A stretch of DNA of 64,000 nucleotides from an uncultured virus (IMG/VR IMGVR_UViG_2049941000_000847). Taxonomy: Duplodnaviria; Heunggongvirae; Uroviricota; Caudoviricetes. The position numbers and the translations under genes are program-made. Positions 21,168 through 32,025 of the stretch are shown piece after piece. The stretch lies in IMG/VR virus record IMGVR_UViG_2049941000_000847; one strand, given 5' to 3'. A model generated the notes under the pieces. The model had not been told where the DNA came from. It made no database searches and saw nothing but the letters and a program-made list of their open reading frames with translations. Numbering within the stretch: the first letter of the stretch is position 1; each line of letters starts with the position of its first letter.

Positions 21168-22196
21168 TTGGCAACAACAACGAACAGTTTCGTGCTGAGC
21201 ACGGCATTCGACGTGAGGAGTGTCGCCAAGGAACTCCCCAATCTCAGCATACATGCAAACGTTTCGAGGGCATACTGGGAGAAACGCGACGGTGGCATAG
21301 TCGAGCGCTCGGAAAAGCGCCAGACGATAGACACGGAGTGGAGCAGGCCGCACAACAATGGCGTTTCGCTCTACTTCAGACGGCACAACGGCTTCAAGGA
21401 CCAGGAGAAGTACGACCGTATGGCTCGCGGCTTCTGCATACGCCAGGGGACCTTCTGCAAGTACTACACGACCACGTTCGATCCGCACAAGGACAAGCTG
21501 TACAACGAGGACAATACCAGGACGATCGACAGGTATTTCGACGTGCCGCTGATACTCTCGTTCACCCCGGAAAACGACCTGTACAACCGCTTCGGCATAC
21601 AGCACCAGGACGAAACCGAGGTCCACATGCTGATGTCCTTGTTCCTGGAACTAAACTACGAAAGCCTGCGCAAAAACTGCATACCGCCAGCCTGCGACGA
21701 GAACGAGCACAATCCGGTGTGGTACCAGCGCGGGTACGAGGATTTCAGGTACCACGGATACACATCCGAGCAGATATTCCCGAAAGCGGGAGACCTGCTC
21801 AAAATAGAGGCGTTCAACATGCTGTACGAGGTCGAGAGCTTCAAGAGCGCGGCTCCAGAGTACGAGCACAGGTGGCGCAAGTACTGGTGGAAACTGTTCC
21901 TCCGCAGCGCCATGGACAACGGCAAGACGGTCTCTCCGGACGTTCTGAACGATCCGGAACAGAAAAATTTCATAAACACGCTAATAGGGAAGCAGGAAGC
22001 GCCTTCTTCCATAGGAGGAACGCCTATGCTGGACGCGAACGGAAACCCGGTCAGCTATGGCTTCGACAAGTCGTGTGTCGTCGAGGAGCTGAAGAAGGAC
22101 GTTATATTCAGGCCGCCTGAAGTGCCAGAAGAAGTCGAAAACATCACCTGCGATCCGAGGTTCTACGCCTGTAGCGACAAGTTCGGCAAGTGGTAG
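21168..22196 (+). CDS. T4 gp14-like neck/head-closure protein
   Basis: DKLYNED..R..DRYF; DLYNRFGIQHQDE; PKAGDLL....LYEV. Confidence 0.65.
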   Translation: MATTTNSFVLSTAFDVRSVAKELPNLSIHANVSRAYWEKRDGGIVERSEKRQTIDTEWSRPHNNGVSLYFRRHNGFKDQEKYDRMARGFCIRQGTFCKYYTTTFDPHKDKLYNEDNTRTIDRYFDVPLILSFTPENDLYNRFGIQHQDETEVHMLMSLFLELNYESLRKNCIPPACDENEHNPVWYQRGYEDFRYHGYTSEQIFPKAGDLLKIEAFNMLYEVESFKSAAPEYEHRWRKYWWKLFLRSAMDNGKTVSPDVLNDPEQKNFINTLIGKQEAPSSIGGTPMLDANGNPVSYGFDKSCVVEELKKDVIFRPPEVPEEVENITCDPRFYACSDKFGKW

Positions 22197-22212
22197 CATT
22201 TTAAGGAGTTAC

Positions 22213-23487
22213 GATGGATTACCCAGTACTGGAAGTGGATGGTTCGAGAAAAGTAGTGTTCGTCACGAACGCGGTANNNNNNNNNNGGTTGCCGGGTCGA
22301 TGGGAACATACGTGTTCGACACGGCCGGAAACACCTTGATATTCTACTACAAGGTTCGTTCGGTGAGCGATGGTGTCGTGAACGTCGACATAGAGCTGCC
22401 TAATGGGGCGCTTCGGCTTGCTGAATCCGGCAAAAAGGCGGTTCCGTTCATGTTAGTATCGCTTACACCAGCGTTCCTGAGAGACAAAAAGATACCTGTC
22501 AGTAGGATCCGCGTTGGCAAGATGACTCTGTATGTAAGCGTGCTTATGCTTGAAAATCCTTCAATATTGAAGGATTTGAAGGGTGGAGTGGACTTGACTG
22601 GGTAGATAGAAGCTAGNNNNNNNNNNACCGACTACAGATTGGTGCTGCCTTCGCTCGGTTGCCTAAGGAAGGACGGTCTCCCGTACAAGACGGCGAAGAT
22701 AAACGAGAGCGCGTCGTTCTCGTTCGACGGGTCTCCATACAGTCATAAAGCCGTGTCCATAGAATACAAGGGGAAGACGACATACGTCATCTCATCCTCC
22801 GTGCGAATGGAGTGCCAGAAAAACGACATGAACGCTCTTCTGAACGACATGACGGCGTTTGGGAAGAGATATCGGCTGAATTTCGCCGGAAACTCGGTAC
22901 GGGGGCCTGTCAGCATCGAGCGTGGAATGCTTAGCAACGGCGACCAGACGTTCTCTGTCATGACAGGATCCGGTTCGATAAACATGAGCACACAGCTCCT
23001 GAACACTATAACCGGAAATTCCAACAAAGTGTTGGCCCCGTTGATGTCGAAAATGCACAATATCGTTCGGTATGTAGGCAGAAACGCCATTTATCTTACC
23101 GGATACATCAACCTGAACAACTACCTGACGTATCTTGGCATGTCTTCTCTCGGGAAAATGCCTCCGTCAGTGGCTGGTTCGATGGGAACATACGTGTTCG
23201 ACACGGCAGGAAACACTTTGATATTCTACTACAAGGTTCGTTCGGTGAGCGATGGCGTCGTGAACGTCGACATAGAGCTGCCTAACGGGGTGCTTCGGCT
23301 TGCTGGATCCGGTAAAAAGGCGGTCCCGTTCATGCTGGTATCGCTTACGCCAGCGTTCCTGAGAGACAAAAAGATACCTGTCAGTAGGATCCGTGTTGGC
23401 AAGATGACTCTGTATGTAAGTGTGCTTATGCTAGAAAATCCTGCGATTTTGAAGGATTTGAAGGGTGGAGTGGACTTGACTGGGTAG
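22213..23487 (+). CDS. Hypothetical protein (start 22213; its 3' part appears twice, once between gaps at 22287-22616)
   Basis: AAGGAG RBS plus ATG 22213; continuous frame 22627-23487. Confidence 0.5.
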
Positions 23488-23494
23488 ATAGAAG

Positions 23495-24538
23495 CTAGTC
23501 AGTGTTTCCATACAAATAATCCGCCATGTACGATCCGGTGGATGCCGGGGCCTTAGCGGTTTTCATTTGCTTCTTGAATGTATTTGTAGCTGCCGTGGTC
23601 GGTGGTATTGATTTAAGCGGAGTAGATGCCTTGCTTGTCGTGCTGCTCGGTATGTCAAGCCCGCCGTGGAACGCGCTATACCAGTCTGACTGGTGGTAAA
23701 CGTCCTTCTTTCTGGCTTCTTCGGATATTTCTAGGTTCCCGAATATGTAATTACCTTTTTTGTCAAGTATGTCTCCATCCGTGCACAGCTCGCGCATGCC
23801 GGCAAGATTGTCGTTGAACGGAGACTCGAACGGGTTTGGGCAGTAGAAGCTTATCGCGTATCTCAATATGTTTTTTTCGCCCTGGCTTAATTTTAGACCT
23901 GGGAACCCATTCATCAGTATTGAGTTGTACTCGGATATGATCTTATATCTCGCCTCGTATTTCTTCGGACCGACCAGCGTCTGGTTGTTCACGAGGATTA
24001 GCATATTGAGCTTGTGGAACGCACTTCTCGGCTTCAACACGAACGGGGAGTAGAACTGATTGAACAGCGCCTCGAAGAAACTGTAAAAGCACATGCCGCG
24101 GTCTTCAACGATGTTGAGAGTCACCGTGTTGGCTTGAACGCCCTTTGGTGTTGCATATTTAAGGTCCTTTATTAGGGTTGTGACGGCGTCTTTTTGTGTA
24201 TCCGCCGAAACCTTGCTTACGTCTGATATAGACTCGCATGCCCATTTAAGATCGATCGCCCAGTCGTCGGTGACGAAGTTTCTTTTCCAGAACTCGAAAT
24301 CGGCGGCGTTTATGGTTTTCCTTTCCTTGCTTTTCGCCTGTCCGGTCTTGAATTTCATGTATGCCAGTGCTTCCGGTATGTATTCCCCGTATAGAAGCAC
24401 TCTGTATTTGTTCGGAACGAATACTGAACCGCCGTCGTAAAAGGCGTTTACGTCCTTTTCGGTATCCGTGACGTCTGGATACTTCGGGTTGTTCAGCTGA
24501 TCCGTGAGGATCTTTACACCGTTCCTAATAATGGCCAT
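23495..24538 (-). CDS. Possible gp54/gp48-like baseplate tube-fold protein
   Basis: PNKYRVLL, WACESIS, TVTLNIVED pattern; structural gene context. Confidence 0.4.
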   Translation of the reverse strand: MAIIRNGVKILTDQLNNPKYPDVTDTEKDVNAFYDGGSVFVPNKYRVLLYGEYIPEALAYMKFKTGQAKSKERKTINAADFEFWKRNFVTDDWAIDLKWACESISDVSKVSADTQKDAVTTLIKDLKYATPKGVQANTVTLNIVEDRGMCFYSFFEALFNQFYSPFVLKPRSAFHKLNMLILVNNQTLVGPKKYEARYKIISEYNSILMNGFPGLKLSQGEKNILRYAISFYCPNPFESPFNDNLAGMRELCTDGDILDKKGNYIFGNLEISEEARKKDVYHQSDWYSAFHGGLDIPSSTTSKASTPLKSIPPTTAATNTFKKQMKTAKAPASTGSYMADYLYGNTD

Positions 24539-24540
24539 GT

Positions 24541-24804
24541 TTACCTATTTTCGTTGTATGGGTTCAATCCCAGCTTTTCGCGAAGCAAGGCATCTATGGC
24601 GACAGCCAGCGACCCGTCCTTGTAGTGGAGTCTAGAATATTTCACTGGATTCATCATCTGCTGGAACTTCACTTCCTGCTCGCATTTGTCCCACAGGAAC
24701 TGCGTTTCGGCATAAGTTCTTCCGCTCTGCTCGGCGAGGTCTTTTATGTATCTTGTGTACCTCACTCCGCCATTTTGCTCGGTGTTTTCCATGATTGCCG
24801 CCAT
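24541..24804 (-). CDS. Small putative virion protein
   Basis: IKDLAEQSGRTYAETQFLWDK helical motif; downstream of late-type promoter. Confidence 0.55.
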   Translation of the reverse strand: MAAIMENTEQNGGVRYTRYIKDLAEQSGRTYAETQFLWDKCEQEVKFQQMMNPVKYSRLHYKDGSLAVAIDALLREKLGLNPYNENR

Positions 24805-24820
24805 AGTGCGTTCTCAATGT

Positions 24821-24832
24821 AGTTTATAAACT
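24821..24832. promoter_or_regulatory. Palindromic bidirectional late-type promoter AGTTTATAAACT
   Basis: Between divergent genes. Confidence 0.7.
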
Positions 24833-24862
24833 GTATAATGTATAGTGCCAGCAGGCAACGCC

Positions 24863-25411
24863 ATGAGTCCCACATTGAACAAAGAAATGCTCTCCAAGCT
24901 AATAGACGGTGTAATTTCTCTCGACATATCGCATGATCAGAAAATGGCCGTTTTGGAAGGAATTCAGGAAGCGTGCAAGATAGGAATGGTTTGCATCAGC
25001 GATCCGGGCGGCGGACAGATGTGCATTGCCGAGAAGACCACGGACAATGAAGGGCAGGAAGCCGTGACCGATTCTCTAGGGTCTGATTACATTCCAGACA
25101 CGGAATCGACCAAGGGAAGCGCGGTCTCGCCAGTTTTGGACGATATAATCAAGACGCTTGTCAAGATACGCGAATCCATAAAGGACGACAAGGAATACGG
25201 CAGAGTATACGCCTCCCGCGTCGCCAGAATAGCCGATCTTGTCGACATATTGAGCGAATCCACCGAGGCCAAGAACGAAGATGGCACGGTTGACGGAGCC
25301 GACGACGAACTTGCCGTGCTCGAAGACGAGGAAGGAGGAGACGATGCGACAGAGGAATCCGGAGATTCTGGCGATTCCGGCGACACCGGTGATTCCGTCG
25401 ACGGAGAATAA
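24863..25411 (+). CDS. Acidic putative head protein
   Basis: ORF after late-type promoter; VLEG and LSES sites; acidic tail. Confidence 0.55.
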   Translation: MSPTLNKEMLSKLIDGVISLDISHDQKMAVLEGIQEACKIGMVCISDPGGGQMCIAEKTTDNEGQEAVTDSLGSDYIPDTESTKGSAVSPVLDDIIKTLVKIRESIKDDKEYGRVYASRVARIADLVDILSESTEAKNEDGTVDGADDELAVLEDEEGGDDATEESGDSGDSGDTGDSVDGE

Positions 25412-25431
25412 CACAGCTTCAACGGGTTATC

Positions 25432-28400
25432 ATGGAACTTCTTTTTAGCTCGCGAAACCTAAATCCAGGAATGACCGACACGGAGGCAGTATCCGGGTGT
25501 GGACAGAATGGGTATGTCAAGAACCTGAAGACATACAACGCAGAGTTCGTGTTTTCGTGGGTTTCTGGAGAGACAGGAGACGAATTCCTTTTCAAGAACG
25601 CTCGCATCAGAATGCTGATGAACAAATGCGCGCAGAGAATACGCGCCGTGGCGGTAGATCCGGACAATGAACATATTCCGACAGGAGAAGGGAACGATGT
25701 GTTCCAGGATTGGTTCTACCACTCGTTTCCCCCGATGATAAAGGGTCTTGACGACCTGGAAGGAAAACCGATCGGGTTCAACAGCGAACTGGTATACTAC
25801 TTCGGAGAAGATTCCTCCAGAGTTCTTAGCAATACGAACAGAGAGGAAAAGATATGCCTCTCCATGTTCAACGAAACGCATACCGGTGAAAAGAAACCAT
25901 CGAAATACTCCGGGTTCCAGTCGTCTTATTCCTATACGGAAGGCGAGTACGCCGTAAGGGCTCCGAGGAACGTGTTCCTAGAATACAAGGACGAGTCTAA
26001 GACGAGATCCGTGACGGACATATCGTTCGAGCAGGTTTCGGGAGACGTGTATGACGTGACGCTGCTCATGTCTTCAAGACATGCGTTTGGCGATACCGGA
26101 ACGGTTTTTTCCGCAACTGTGAAGTGCGGCGATTCGATCGTTTCCGGAATACACGACGCCACCGTGATATCCGAAAAGGAAATACGTTTCAGAATAGAGG
26201 CCGACATAACTCCGGTCTCCGGGAAAACGACAGGAACCGTGGAGCTATGGAACGCTTTCCCCAACACAATGTCGGTCAACTCGGTTTCCTCAGATGACGA
26301 GACCATCACGTTCAATCTCGACCCGGTTCTCCAGGGAGATCTTTACGGGTTCAGAGTCGGAGACGAGCTCGACCTGGTTGGAACCGAATACGAAAATGCT
26401 CTCTCCGCTGAGATAACGGTCATCGACGGGCAAGAAGTAACCGTGCGTCCTAGAAGCGGTACGTTCGGTGGAACGGAGAACCAGCCAAGAGTTCACATCT
26501 ATCCAAGGATTCCATCGTCTGCCATCAGCGTGAACTACCCGCGGGCGGAGATATACGACTACGTACCGGACCACAAGCTATACAACAAGCTGCTTCCTTG
26601 CTCGAAGGACACCGCCGCAAACATCGGGAACGAGTCTTTCCAGAACTATGGAATGACCTCGTCTTATCCAGCTGACGACACGACTCCGATACTCATGTCG
26701 TTCAGAATAGACGACTCTGACATAACCAGCTTGTGTGACTATGCCGCGCTCTCGTTCTATCCGATATCGATCTCCGGAGACGACGGGTTTGGCGCTGTCT
26801 ACCAGATGTCTTCGGATTCGTGGAACGAAACGGACGGCAGAAAGTACTCGGCAGTTTCCGACTACATCCAGGACATGGACTCGTCCACGCCTTACAGGAT
26901 ATCGACCGAGAAGAACTACTATTACGACACTTCCAACCAGCAGTACATCGACGACGAAACCAATACGCAGACGTTGATACTTCTGGAAACTGAACAGATA
27001 GACGGCTGGATGTCCGGAAAGCGGCCGCATGCTCTCAGCTACAGCATATCCAACGACATAAAGCAGACCATAACATCGAAGGACAACAGGTCCGTCTATG
27101 CGTGCCAGGCGCCGTGCATACTTGTTCACACGCCAATACTCAGAGACGTCGGTGTTCCGGGAAACCTCTCTACCATCAACGTAAAGCTTGGCGCGATGAT
27201 ATCCAGCATCGGAGGAAACGGTGGCGTTGTTACCGCGACGACCAGGGAGCCGCACGGGCTCTCCGTCGGAGACAAGATAATCATAACCGAGACTAGGTAC
27301 TTTGACGGAGCTGGCTTCGAGGTGAAATCTGTCGTCGACGAGACAACGTTCACATACGACGACGAATATGCTACCAACGTGACGGAGGTGGACCGCGGCC
27401 GCTTCATGTATTCCGACAAGGCGTACATAACGATGCGTGCCGAGGATTCGGTTCGCATATCGCAGGACATAGACGACATCGTCATAAACAATTTCTCCGA
27501 AGAACACCCGATCTCGATCGACGAATACACGTTCGACAAGAGCGGAAAGTTCGTGGACTTTTCTTTCTGGGTGGCAGAAGACACCAAGAAACTTTCGATA
27601 AAGTCGAAAGACTACGCCGGAAACGAGACGGACGAGTTCTATCCTCCGATAATAATGAAGTATTCGGTGAACGGCGTGGATAATGCCATGTATGGAAACG
27701 GAGATGCCGTTTCCGTCATGGGAATAAACATCGCTTCCACGGAAAAGAACACGACATTCGTGTGCGCCGATGCGAATGCGCTGTCCGGCATAATCGACGG
27801 TGGATACACCCAGACGGCGGAAACCGACTCCGATCGGTCGAGAAAGATTCTTCTCACAGAAAACTCTCAGAAGGAATACGAACTGGTATCTGCTTCCGGC
27901 ACCGAGCTTGAACTTCCGGAAGACTGTACCTGGCCGAAGGTCGGCGACGCCGTCGTGTTCACCGGGAAGATAGGAACGCTTACTTGCGGCTTGCCTTATT
28001 ACATTGTCGGCACGAGAGAAGAATCGGGAAGAAGGTTCATATCGATCTCTTCGTATCCAGGTGGCGATCCGCTTGAAGTCGGTGCGATAACAACTCCGAA
28101 GGCGTATATCGCGAACTGCTTTGTTCCCGTGTATGCCGTGGTCGACGGTGTGTCGTCGAACTATTACGGAAACGTTGCTCGCATAAAGGCAGGAACGCTA
28201 GCTCCGCACATATTCGTGGAAGATGGTCTCGTTTACGGCGAAGAAGGAACGGTGTACATCTACTCGTATGCGCCGGTGCTCAGACAGAACATAACCATCG
28301 AGAACGCGGTCGTCATGCAATACGCACCGAACAACTGCGAATACATGCTGACGCTTTCTCTCGATTCGGTAGGAATCATGTATGTGTCGGTCACCGACAT

Positions 28401-29943
28401 GTGCGGAAATTCAGCGTTCTCTTCATACGCGATAACGTCTTCGGACGGCAGCATTCCTCTTGTTTACTTAAAGGAATCATTCGTCGTCGGAGGTGTTGAC
28501 AGAATAACGTTCGCAGTGAATTCGTCTGCCGTGCCGGATACGGAAACCAGAGGAATAACCTGTCTATCCGACAATGGACAGCCGATTGGAACCGTGGGTG
28601 ATTTCGTTGATACCGACGATGGGTTCGAATTTACCGTCTCGATATCTGGTACCACCGACGGTACGCTGAATGTCAAGTATGTGGACGCGAACGCCGAGTA
28701 TTCCACTTTCGATTCTCCGATCATCATGGACATATCGCCTGACTCCGTTAAGAGCGGTGACGAGATCACAATACGAGGATACAATCTCGTGTTCGACGAC
28801 GGGAACGTGATGTTCTCCGGAATAAACGGCGTCGTACTTAAGTCGAACGCCGGTTCGGTCAAGATACTTACCGAAAACGTGTCGGATGGATATCACAGGA
28901 TCAGCGTGTACGATCCGTCCGGAGAAAAGGTGAAGAGAAGCGAAGCATACACACTGCTCGCAGACTCTACCGCTCCGATCGTATCAATTATCGGTGGCGA
29001 CGTTCTGTACCTCGCCTTCGGCGAAAAATACGTCGAACTCGGCGCTACTGCGGTCGACTCGATGGGTGGCGACCTCACTGACAGAATNNNNNNNNNNNNN
29101 NNNNNNNNNNNNNNNNNNNCCAGCGGGTACGTGGTTCCGAGGAGAATGGGAGAATACCCGATAACGTATTCCGTGAAGGACGACAACGGAAACGTCGGCA
29201 TCGCGATAAGAAACGTAGTGGTCAACAACCAGTGCGGCATACACATCTCTCTTGACAAAACCGACGTGAGACCGGGAGATGTCGTGACGGTAACAATGGA
29301 CACCGGCGAGTTCAATGAATCCATGCCGAAAAACATCGCATATCTGGGCGCATACTCCATGCAGGCGATATGGATGGAGGGGACGAACCGCGCCGGGTTC
29401 GAAATACCGTACGGAGCGGGCAGCGGAGCGTTCTTCGTGTCCGTCTCGAACGGAGGATGCGACAAGAGCAACGCAATACATCTCAACGTGTCATACGAGG
29501 ACACCAAGCTCGACTCCGGCGACAAGGAAGCCGAGTCCATATTCGCAAGCGGAATAGGTTTGCCTGCCATGTACAACAGAGACCTTTCCTACAGCAGATT
29601 CACGGAGCACACGGACGAGAACAGCATAATCCAGAACGTGATGAGCATCATACTCACGAAGCGTGGCGAGCGCCTGTTCAACCCGGACTTCGGCACGAGG
29701 ATACACGAGAAGCTGTTTGAACTTATGGGACCGAGCTCCGTCGTGGAAGAAGAAGTGTTGAACATGATAATCAAGGCCGTCAACATGTACGAACCGAGAG
29801 CCGTCATAATAAAGTCGGAATCGTTCGCGACGTTCGACGAAAACGCGCATACTATAAACGTTGTATTGAAGGTTGTCGTTCCGGGCGGAAACGCCAGAAC
29901 CGTAGGCGTGACACTTCACAGCTACAGATACGAGGCGATGTAG
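25432..29943 (+). CDS. Large baseplate protein: beta-rich Ig/IPT domains with C-terminal gp25-like domain
   Basis: SIIQNVMSIILTKRGERLFNPDFGT...AVNMYEPRA (gp25/GPW); ISPDSVKSGDEITIRGYN (IPT); YVELGATAVD (Ig); PHGLSVGDKI. Confidence 0.8.
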   Translation: MELLFSSRNLNPGMTDTEAVSGCGQNGYVKNLKTYNAEFVFSWVSGETGDEFLFKNARIRMLMNKCAQRIRAVAVDPDNEHIPTGEGNDVFQDWFYHSFPPMIKGLDDLEGKPIGFNSELVYYFGEDSSRVLSNTNREEKICLSMFNETHTGEKKPSKYSGFQSSYSYTEGEYAVRAPRNVFLEYKDESKTRSVTDISFEQVSGDVYDVTLLMSSRHAFGDTGTVFSATVKCGDSIVSGIHDATVISEKEIRFRIEADITPVSGKTTGTVELWNAFPNTMSVNSVSSDDETITFNLDPVLQGDLYGFRVGDELDLVGTEYENALSAEITVIDGQEVTVRPRSGTFGGTENQPRVHIYPRIPSSAISVNYPRAEIYDYVPDHKLYNKLLPCSKDTAANIGNESFQNYGMTSSYPADDTTPILMSFRIDDSDITSLCDYAALSFYPISISGDDGFGAVYQMSSDSWNETDGRKYSAVSDYIQDMDSSTPYRISTEKNYYYDTSNQQYIDDETNTQTLILLETEQIDGWMSGKRPHALSYSISNDIKQTITSKDNRSVYACQAPCILVHTPILRDVGVPGNLSTINVKLGAMISSIGGNGGVVTATTREPHGLSVGDKIIITETRYFDGAGFEVKSVVDETTFTYDDEYATNVTEVDRGRFMYSDKAYITMRAEDSVRISQDIDDIVINNFSEEHPISIDEYTFDKSGKFVDFSFWVAEDTKKLSIKSKDYAGNETDEFYPPIIMKYSVNGVDNAMYGNGDAVSVMGINIASTEKNTTFVCADANALSGIIDGGYTQTAETDSDRSRKILLTENSQKEYELVSASGTELELPEDCTWPKVGDAVVFTGKIGTLTCGLPYYIVGTREESGRRFISISSYPGGDPLEVGAITTPKAYIANCFVPVYAVVDGVSSNYYGNVARIKAGTLAPHIFVEDGLVYGEEGTVYIYSYAPVLRQNITIENAVVMQYAPNNCEYMLTLSLDSVGIMYVSVTDMCGNSAFSSYAITSSDGSIPLVYLKESFVVGGVDRITFAVNSSAVPDTETRGITCLSDNGQPIGTVGDFVDTDDGFEFTVSISGTTDGTLNVKYVDANAEYSTFDSPIIMDISPDSVKSGDEITIRGYNLVFDDGNVMFSGINGVVLKSNAGSVKILTENVSDGYHRISVYDPSGEKVKRSEAYTLLADSTAPIVSIIGGDVLYLAFGEKYVELGATAVDSMGGDLTDRXXXXXXXXXXXXSGYVVPRRMGEYPITYSVKDDNGNVGIAIRNVVVNNQCGIHISLDKTDVRPGDVVTVTMDTGEFNESMPKNIAYLGAYSMQAIWMEGTNRAGFEIPYGAGSGAFFVSVSNGGCDKSNAIHLNVSYEDTKLDSGDKEAESIFASGIGLPAMYNRDLSYSRFTEHTDENSIIQNVMSIILTKRGERLFNPDFGTRIHEKLFELMGPSSVVEEEVLNMIIKAVNMYEPRAVIIKSESFATFDENAHTINVVLKVVVPGGNARTVGVTLHSYRYEAM

Positions 29944-29952
29944 AGGTAGGTT

Positions 29953-31955
29953 ATGGCGGATAGCGGAAGCGAAAACAAATTCAATAAGTTTGTCGATGAG
30001 CTTGGTGAAACATTCACTCAAGAGGATAGAGACAACATAAAGAAAGCGTTTAAAGGCCTCGCCATCACCCTTGAAAACAAAGACGACCTGAAGAAGGCCA
30101 TCGAGGCTCTTAAATCATACGGTAGCATAAACGGCGACAAAGCGGCCGAGATGCAGCAGGCCGCCGAGGAAACACGGGCATTCAGAGAAAACATGATAGA
30201 GGCCCAGCAGCGGCTAAGGGAAGACTTTAGCAGCTTTAGAAAGGGGATCGAAGCATACAATAAGTACCAGGAAGATTTCTGGTCAACCAATCTTGCAAAC
30301 CAGAAAAAGCTCATAGAGAGCGGTCAAAAATCAAGTTCAATCATATTCGCCCAATCGATCGCGAACAGCATAATAGATGGTTTCGGAAAAGATCAGGGCT
30401 TCAGAAACCTTTTCGGTAGCAATGATGCATCAAAGAGACTTTCCGAAGGGATTTCTGGAATGTTCGGTTCGTTCAGGAAGTTTAAAGAAGGGTTTGCACT
30501 TCTGAAAAAAGACTCTGCTACAAGGCAAGCGTTTGACGCCAAGAGAAGCATGAATGAGGCTCAAAAGGATCACGAACGACTTAAACAAGACCTAGCCGTC
30601 GCTCGAGAAAAATTGGGAAAATCAGAAAAGGGATCAGTCGAATATGATGCGGCGAAGAAACTAATAAAGGACATATCCGAAAAATATAGAGTTAATACGG
30701 AAATTCTCTCCAAAGCAATGACAAATCTCGGATTTGCCACTGAAAGACTGACGCTCGGCAACAAGGAATTTAAAAAACGGCATGAAGATCTTGATGATGA
30801 CTGGAGACGATCTCAGGAAGGGTTTCGTAAAAACATACTGGATGCAGCAGACGTGTCTTCCAAGACGGGCGGGCTTGAAGACGACGACGTTGAACAAACA
30901 CCAATCAAAAGTCAATTGCAACAATCGGCGGAGCCCAAAGAAGAAGTCGCTGGAAATCTTAAAAAGATGATAGGTGCCGCTAGCAAGGACGCCGGCAATG
31001 CCTCTGGTGCTGTAAATGGTAAAAAGAGTGGCGGCGTGGATTCAGCAATTCTTATGAAAATCCTTGGCGGGNNNNNNNNNNNNNNNNNNNNNGGGTCACC
31101 GGAATAAAAGTGGCACAGAAGTCTATGAAAAGTGCGCAACTTGCGACCAACAGAGGTGTAAAACGATTGCGCCATGATATCACTGAGATTGAGAAAACAA
31201 AAACACCTAATAATTATCCACAGGTGATGGGTGCACTAGCTTTGTGGCTTGAAGAATCCCTAAAGGACAAAGACGAGACTGAAAAAAACAAAAAAGACGC
31301 CGACTCTTCTTCAGGTGCTACCGCCGGGGCCGGTGGTCCTGGTCTACTTGGCGGTCTTGGGCACTATGGTCTCGCGGCAGCTGGCATTGGTATTGCCGGG
31401 TATGCTGGTTGGAAACTTGGTAACGCGATCGGCGATCACATGGATAATGTTGCAACCGAAAAAGAGTTGGCGGAAATCAACGAGAAGAAGCAGAAGGAAC
31501 AGCAGGAGCGTGCAGACAGACTTCTTGAGTATGCTCAGGCGGATGATGCCGAAAAGGAAAAAATCGCCAAGAAAAATTACGACAAGTACGTGGATTCTGC
31601 TGAAAAAATAAACGAATCAAAGGCCAGACAGCAAAAATTGATAGACGAGAAAAACGCGGCCCTTAAATCCGGTGATACGAAGAAGGCGCAAAAGCTTCTT
31701 GAAAAGATAGCGGCGGAGCGCGAAAATATGCTGGAAGCTTCTCGCGAACGAGAAAAGTACAAGGAAATCATCGACAAAGACAATGCGAGAAAGGCGAAGT
31801 CCAAGTCAGAAGTCGACATGAAAAAGGCCGAGACTGGTGCCGGAAAAGCCACCCTTGAAGTGACCAAACAAATGGCCTCCGACATGCACACTCTCGTTGA
31901 AAACATGCCTCAGATGGTAAGCGCCGGCACGGCCGCCGGTATCAACAACGCATAA
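29953..31955 (+). CDS. Coiled-coil tape-measure/baseplate-hub-like protein (ORFs 29953-31107 and 31110-31955, probably one gene across the gap)
   Basis: Long helical sequence with G/A-rich hydrophobic segment GLAAAGIGIAGYAGWKLG; follows gp25-like gene. Confidence 0.45.
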
Positions 31956-31981
31956 CCGACAGATTTAACGATATTTAAAAC

Positions 31982-32013
31982 AAAAACCAACCGGCGTCTT
32001 CCGGTTGGTTTTT
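31982..32013. terminator. Bidirectional rho-independent terminator
   Basis: AAAAACCAACCGG-cgtctt-CCGGTTGGTTTTT between convergent genes. Confidence 0.85.
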
Positions 32014-32025
32014 AAAGCACTCTCG

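Noticed and set aside
22287..23497. 330-bp near-identical repeat (22287-22616 vs about 23170-23497)
   Set aside because: First copy is flanked by gaps and differs by scattered mostly synonymous SNPs; assembly of two alleles
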